Source: Euglena gracilis
Lineage: Eukaryota
Length of the DNA: 64,000 bases
Reading direction: 5' to 3'
NCBI GenBank assembly: GCA_039621445.1
Contig: CP154954.1
Coordinates: 19,578,642-19,642,641 of the forward strand
Positions within the stretch are counted from its first letter, which is position 1, and each line of letters starts with the position of its first letter. The position numbers were made by a program, and so were the translations under genes. Shown in pieces: positions 58,891 through 64,000 of this stretch. The notes beneath the pieces were generated by a model. That model was not told the origin of the DNA. It worked only from the letters and a program-made list of their open reading frames with translations, and made no database searches.

Positions 58891-61800
58891 AGTGGCCACA
58901 GACAGTTTGAACTGCCCTCTGGACATGTTCTCAGAAGTTTATGCAAACCCTTCCTGGTCTGTGCTGAGCCAGTGGTTCCTGAGGTTAAAAGAACACAGAC
59001 ATCTAAGACGCCTTCTGATTTTCCCCCTGTGGGTTTCAGCTGTGTGGTGGCACTTGTTAATAAAGCTACACATTCCACCCTCCCTGGTGATGCAAACATA
59101 TCCACAGTGGGGTTTATGAACTGCTGAAAAATGTGCATGACATTTTTGAAATTGAAATGGTTTAAACTGTAGTACCCTGGGTCGAAGTGCCATCTGCTGA
59201 TGGCATCGCTTTTCATGGTTTGGGAGGGAGCCCAGTGAACTTGGAGGGTGACGTCCATTTCCATGCACCACTTCAGAAAAGGTCTGATGAGTTTGTTCAG
59301 GTGGGGCATTCTTCCCCCCCGCTTGAGGAAATAGTAGTAGGAAACTTTGTTGTCCACTGTTAGGGACACTGTGTCCATTTTTCTGGCCAAAGACCTTACA
59401 GTGGAGATGGCTGCAATCAATTTTTTTACATTTATATGTAAGTGAGAATTCTTTCGCCAAAATTCCTGCAACTGGGTTCCAGCTTGTAGGTCTAGGCCCC
59501 CCCAACCAAAAGTTGAACTGTCTGACTCCAGGTGTCTGGTTTCTTGGCTTGGGAAGGGTCTCCCCACCAGGTCTGCAAAATTTCTCGTACCTCTCTCAGT
59601 TGAGATTTTACCTCATCTGAGATTGGAACTTGATGATCCCGGCCGATTTTTTCTTGTAGGTTGACAAAACCTACCAAAGTGTCTGTTAATGCCCTGAGGA
59701 CGGGCAGCCCCACCAGGAAGCTTCTTATGCACCCCAAAGTTGAGGCCATCTTTCTGCAACTGAGGGACTGGTGTGTGACCAATTTTCCCAGTACCCTCGG
59801 GACCAGTTTTAGATTTTCTGCCCCCAACTGTAACTCTCCTGGTGCCAGGTTGAGGTGGAACCCCAAATGTGGGAGATTTTGGGTGGGTTGAAAGATCTAT
59901 TTCTTGCTGTTGATTTTGAAACCCCCCTGTAGTAAATCTGCCAGCATGATGGCCAGGTGGTTGCTGACTTGCTTCTGGCTGTCCCCCAGCAGGAGGATGT
60001 CCTCCAGGTACACAAAGCAGAAAAGGCTTTTGGCCCTCCAACCTTTTTCCAGGCACTTCATGAGGCAAATGAACTTTTCTGGCAGCACACTTAAACCAAA
60101 GCAAGCTGCCTGTAATTCCCAGAATGTTTCCTCCAGAACCATCCTCATGTAAGGTCTTAGGGTTGGGTTCAACACAAAATGAAAGTAGGCGTCCTTTAAG
60201 TCTACTTTCGCTCCCCATTGTCCTTTCTTTAGGTGCCTGAAGTTGACCTGGATGTTGTCCAGTTTGAAAGAGGTGTGGGGAAAAGTGCTGGTTTAGTTGG
60301 CGACAATCGCTTATTAAACGATGTTTTTCTCCCTGAGGCTCCTTTTTGGACATTGCAAACCAAGGTAAGATGTGTTGGGTACACAGTGTTAGGGGTCCGG
60401 GACCCTTCTCCTCCGGGGGGCTGCCGGGGCTGCAACTTCCTTTTTCTGGCCCTGGTGGGCTCAGGCCAGGGCCTTTGTGAAATTGGGCCCCGTTTTCGAA
60501 CATGCCAACCGGCGGTAAAGGGGGTGAGGTGTGCCCCCCCGACCCGGGGTCCCCAGTTGCCCCGCGTAGGATCTTTTTTTCCCTCCACTGTTGTTTTTTT
60601 CCCATTTCTCAACTTTTGGTCCAAAGGGTGGACAAAGACAAACCAACCCACCTACTTAGGATCAAACAGCAGAGCACAACAAACCTGGGAGTTGAGAGGG
60701 TGGGTGAGTACCTTTGAGATCAGGTTAGTTGTGGGGCAAGAAAACAAAAATGTGGAATGGAATGCCTTGGCTTCTTATGGATTGTCAATTCTTGTGTATC
60801 TTTCTTCAATTCTTTCTGGAATTCCCAAATGACTTCTTTGCTTGAATTTGCTGTGGTTCCAATTCCTCGTGCGTGGCGATTGACCTGCTTGGGTGGTTCC
60901 TACTGGGGGTTTTTGGGAATTTTCTGGGAAATGTTTGGTTGCCGACGCCAGCGGCAGCCGACACCCCCTCCCTTGCGACGTTAGTCGGACCCGTTTTTCT
61001 GCCCCCCCCCCCTCGAACAAAAACGGGGAGAGTGAAGTCGATTTTTTTTGTTGGGGGGGGTGAAAATTCTGCGTTTTTGTTTTTGAAACGGGTCCTGTCG
61101 CTTTTTTTTTTGAAAATCTGCGTTACGAGTCGGACCCCCCCCCAGCCATAATATCGGGCGCCTTGGGGGACTCAGAAAAATCAAGTCCGCGGGGAACAAC
61201 CCCCACCCCTTTCCTCCGACAAGCATGGGGAACGGGACTTTGTACACAAAATCTGAAAATTCTGAGCGAAACCAACTCTGGGCACTCTACCCCAAGGCAT
61301 AAGTCCCACGCTGCCCCCTTGGAGAAAATTATTTGTTATTTTTTTGGCAGCTTTCCTTATGCGAGGCTTCATTCGATTTGGATTTTTTTAAAAAAAAATA
61401 TCAGGGAGTTTGGCCAACAGTGCCTCAGAAAACAAATTGTGTGGGGAAAGAGAAAACAGAAACCTAGGCATTCCTTTCCAATTCGGGACAGAAGAGGTAA
61501 AAGGTAAGAAAAAGCAAACGGTGAAGCGCAAAGGTGAGACGGTTATATGGGGGAATAGTGTACAGATGGGTGTGCAGGTTCGTGTGCAATTGTGTGTTTT
61601 GTGTGTGTGCACGCTCACTTCCTTGTCATGCATTCCAACTGAAAATGACTTGGTCGATCGATTTTTTTTGAATGCAAAGAGAACAGGGATTCAGATTGGC
61701 CCTCGGCCACTATATCACAGGACTTTAGTGCCCACGTGGCTGGGTTTTTTTTCCGTTGGCCCACACCAGGGCCTATGGACGGAAGAGGGGTCATATCCTG

Positions 61801-63592
61801 TCCAGGGTCCCCCCCCCCCGAGTTCAGATGCCTCCAAGCTGTGTTCCATGAAGAAGAAAAAAATGCCTTTGGCGAATGTCCACCATCCAAACCGAAGCAA
61901 AAATCTGAGTTTTAAAATCCACACTCGTTTTTAATCCGCCAGAAAAATTATCAAAATCCCTGGTTTTTCCCAACTTTTTGTGTAAAAATCCTCCAGCAAT
62001 GAAAATCCTCAAACATTCAAAAATCTGAGTCCAATCCTGGGCCTACAAAAGCCCTCAACAAGATCCAGAATTACACCTGCCATATACAACAAACAAAGTC
62101 CAACCGAGAGCAACCAACCCAACAGAAGCAACATTCAGCAGCATACCGAGGGGCCAGGCCAATCCAGCCCTACCCTGGGTCCAACCGATTCACTGGAGCC
62201 GTAAAACCAACAAAGCCGGCTTGCCAATTAAAATTCACTGCCCCCCCCCCCCCAGTCACACTGGGCATTGGGGGTCAAATGACATGGCAAACTCAAAAAT
62301 ACTGAAAATTCAAATCCAATTTTCTCAGCCAAGGCGATTTTTCGCTGCCCCCCCCCCTTGTCACATGGGGCCATGGGGGTCAATCTGGCTTCAGCCTCCA
62401 AACAAAAAAAATCTCAAACCTGGGCCAATATCCAGACCGGCTGAAATCACAATCCCCACCCCAAAATGACATTCGGGACAAGAACCGAAAACTGAAAACT
62501 CTGAAACTGAAAATGAAAGATCATTGATCTGGCTGCCTGAACACTAGGAGAAATTCCCAAGCATCGTGGCTGGGCGTCTCCATTTAAGTGGAAAGCAACT
62601 GGGGAGAAACATGCACCCCAGAAACCAGATTCAAAAAATGTTTGACTTGGCTGTTTTTCCATAAGTCAAACTCTGTGAACTGAAAATCCAGATTATGTCT
62701 CCAGGCTGATTGCACATCTGCCTCCAACACTAGATCACCATGAAAAAAATATCAAAAAAAAATCACAAAACAACCCACAGAAACATACTCGACACTGTAA
62801 AGTGCTATGCTGTGCCAGTCAGTGGTCAGACCTGTGCTGAAAGAAAAATCACCACCACCACTGATATGGTGGAAACCACCCCCAGCTGTTCCATGGATTT
62901 AAATGCCTGTCCCAACCCCACCAATCTTGAAACCAACTTGGACACAAAAATTGAAAGTCATTCCAACTGTTTTTGGCAGGCCTCCAGAATTTTTTTGTCT
63001 GTCTGAATTTTCTTGGCTGTGCGGCAAAATCCGAGGAAGATTTCTCAGAAGAAACTGATGACGGCTGCAAATTTGTGACATGTCAAGAATTCAGGTTCAC
63101 AGGCACAAATTTTTCTGGACTTGTTAATTTCAGTTCACTGGCTGCAACTTTTCAGCGATTTGCAGTTCCAACGTTTTTATTTGCTCGGTCAACCTTCCGA
63201 TTTCCACTTCTGCCTTTCCCAATGAATATTTCACCTCTTTCAGCTGTTTCGTCAGAGCCTCGCCCTCAACATTCAGGGACTGAATCTTGTTAATTACCCA
63301 CTTTGAGTTTCGATTCAAAAAATCCGTTTCTGTGTCCTGTTCCTCTGAGTGGCTGGGCTCACTTGACAAACTCCGCCAAAATTTTTCAATGTGATTAATT
63401 CTGCATTCCAAACTACTCAGTGTGCATTGCATTGGATCTTCAGGAGAACCCACAATTAAAGCCCACAGAACACCAACCTTCAGGAACAAACCCTCAACTG
63501 GAAGACTTTGAGGTTGAGATTTGTCATCGACCGAATCCAAAAATTCTTCACTGACAGAGTCAGTGAAGCAACCCCTGCGTACCATGTTGGGC

Positions 63593-64000
63593 GTCCGGGA
63601 CCCTTCTCGCCCGGGGGGGCTGCCGGGGCTGCAACTTCCTTTTTCTGGCCCTGGTGGGCTCAGGCCAGGGCCTTTGTGAAATTGGGCCCCTTTTTCGAAC
63701 ATGCCAACCGGCGGTAAAGGGGGTGAGGTGTGCCCCCCCGACCCGGGGTCCCCAGTTGCCCCGCGTAGGATCTTTTTTCCCTCCACTGTTGTTTTTTTCC
63801 CATTTCTCAACTTTTGGTCCAAAGGGTGGACAAAGACAAACCAACCCACCTACGGAGGATCAAACAGCAGAGCACAACAAACCTGGGAGTTGAGAGGGTG
63901 GGTGAGTACCTTTGAGATCAGGTGAGTTGTGGGGCAAAAAAACAAAAATGTGGAATGGAATGCCTTGGCTTCTTATGGATTGTCAATTCTTTTGTGTATC
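63593..64000 (-). repeat. Near-identical copy of 60395-60800 (5' region of DIRS-like element 3 family)
   Basis: Colinear ~400-bp direct repeat with few substitutions; runs off the window end. Confidence 0.92.

Larger units (their letters stand above)
57109..60850 (-). mobile_element. DIRS-like element 3 (decayed): RT, RNase H, methylase, tyrosine recombinase
   Basis: LISDCRQLN, CFGL, YLEDILL (RT). LESDSSTFGWGG, HINVK, VDN, SDAISR (RNase H). VDMFASPG / YANPSW (methylase). LLRSVDL, HSTRGAG, GKWK, HYLR (YR). Confidence 0.9.

Overview
Eukaryotic nuclear DNA, very probably a euglenid. The basis is that many introns lack GT-AG and instead have base-paired ends with CAG at +4..+6 and CTG at -8..-6, the euglenid nonconventional-intron signature. 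1-15.3 kb holds the 3' part of a highly fragmented GCN2-like eIF2-alpha kinase gene (+): kinase C-lobe, HisRS-like domain and C-terminal domain, with mixed conventional and nonconventional introns. 17.8-31.5 kb holds a second multi-exon gene (+) of unknown function. The introns carry microsatellites and several MITE families, including hAT-type MITEs (CAGGGG...CCCCTG, 8-bp TSD) whose geometry matches the nonconventional intron boundaries exactly; one GCN2 intron still has a perfect 8-bp TSD. 33-64 kb is a nest of retroelements. It contains three decayed DIRS-like tyrosine-recombinase elements (RT, RNase H, Dam-like methylase, YR). One of them is split by a 16.3-kb chromodomain-bearing Ty3/Gypsy LTR element with TG...CT ends, which carries a large extra ORF (~1800 aa after repair) after pol with Cys-rich fingers and histone-tail-like GKGGKA repeats. 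All calls were made by eye; coordinates marked ~ are approximate.
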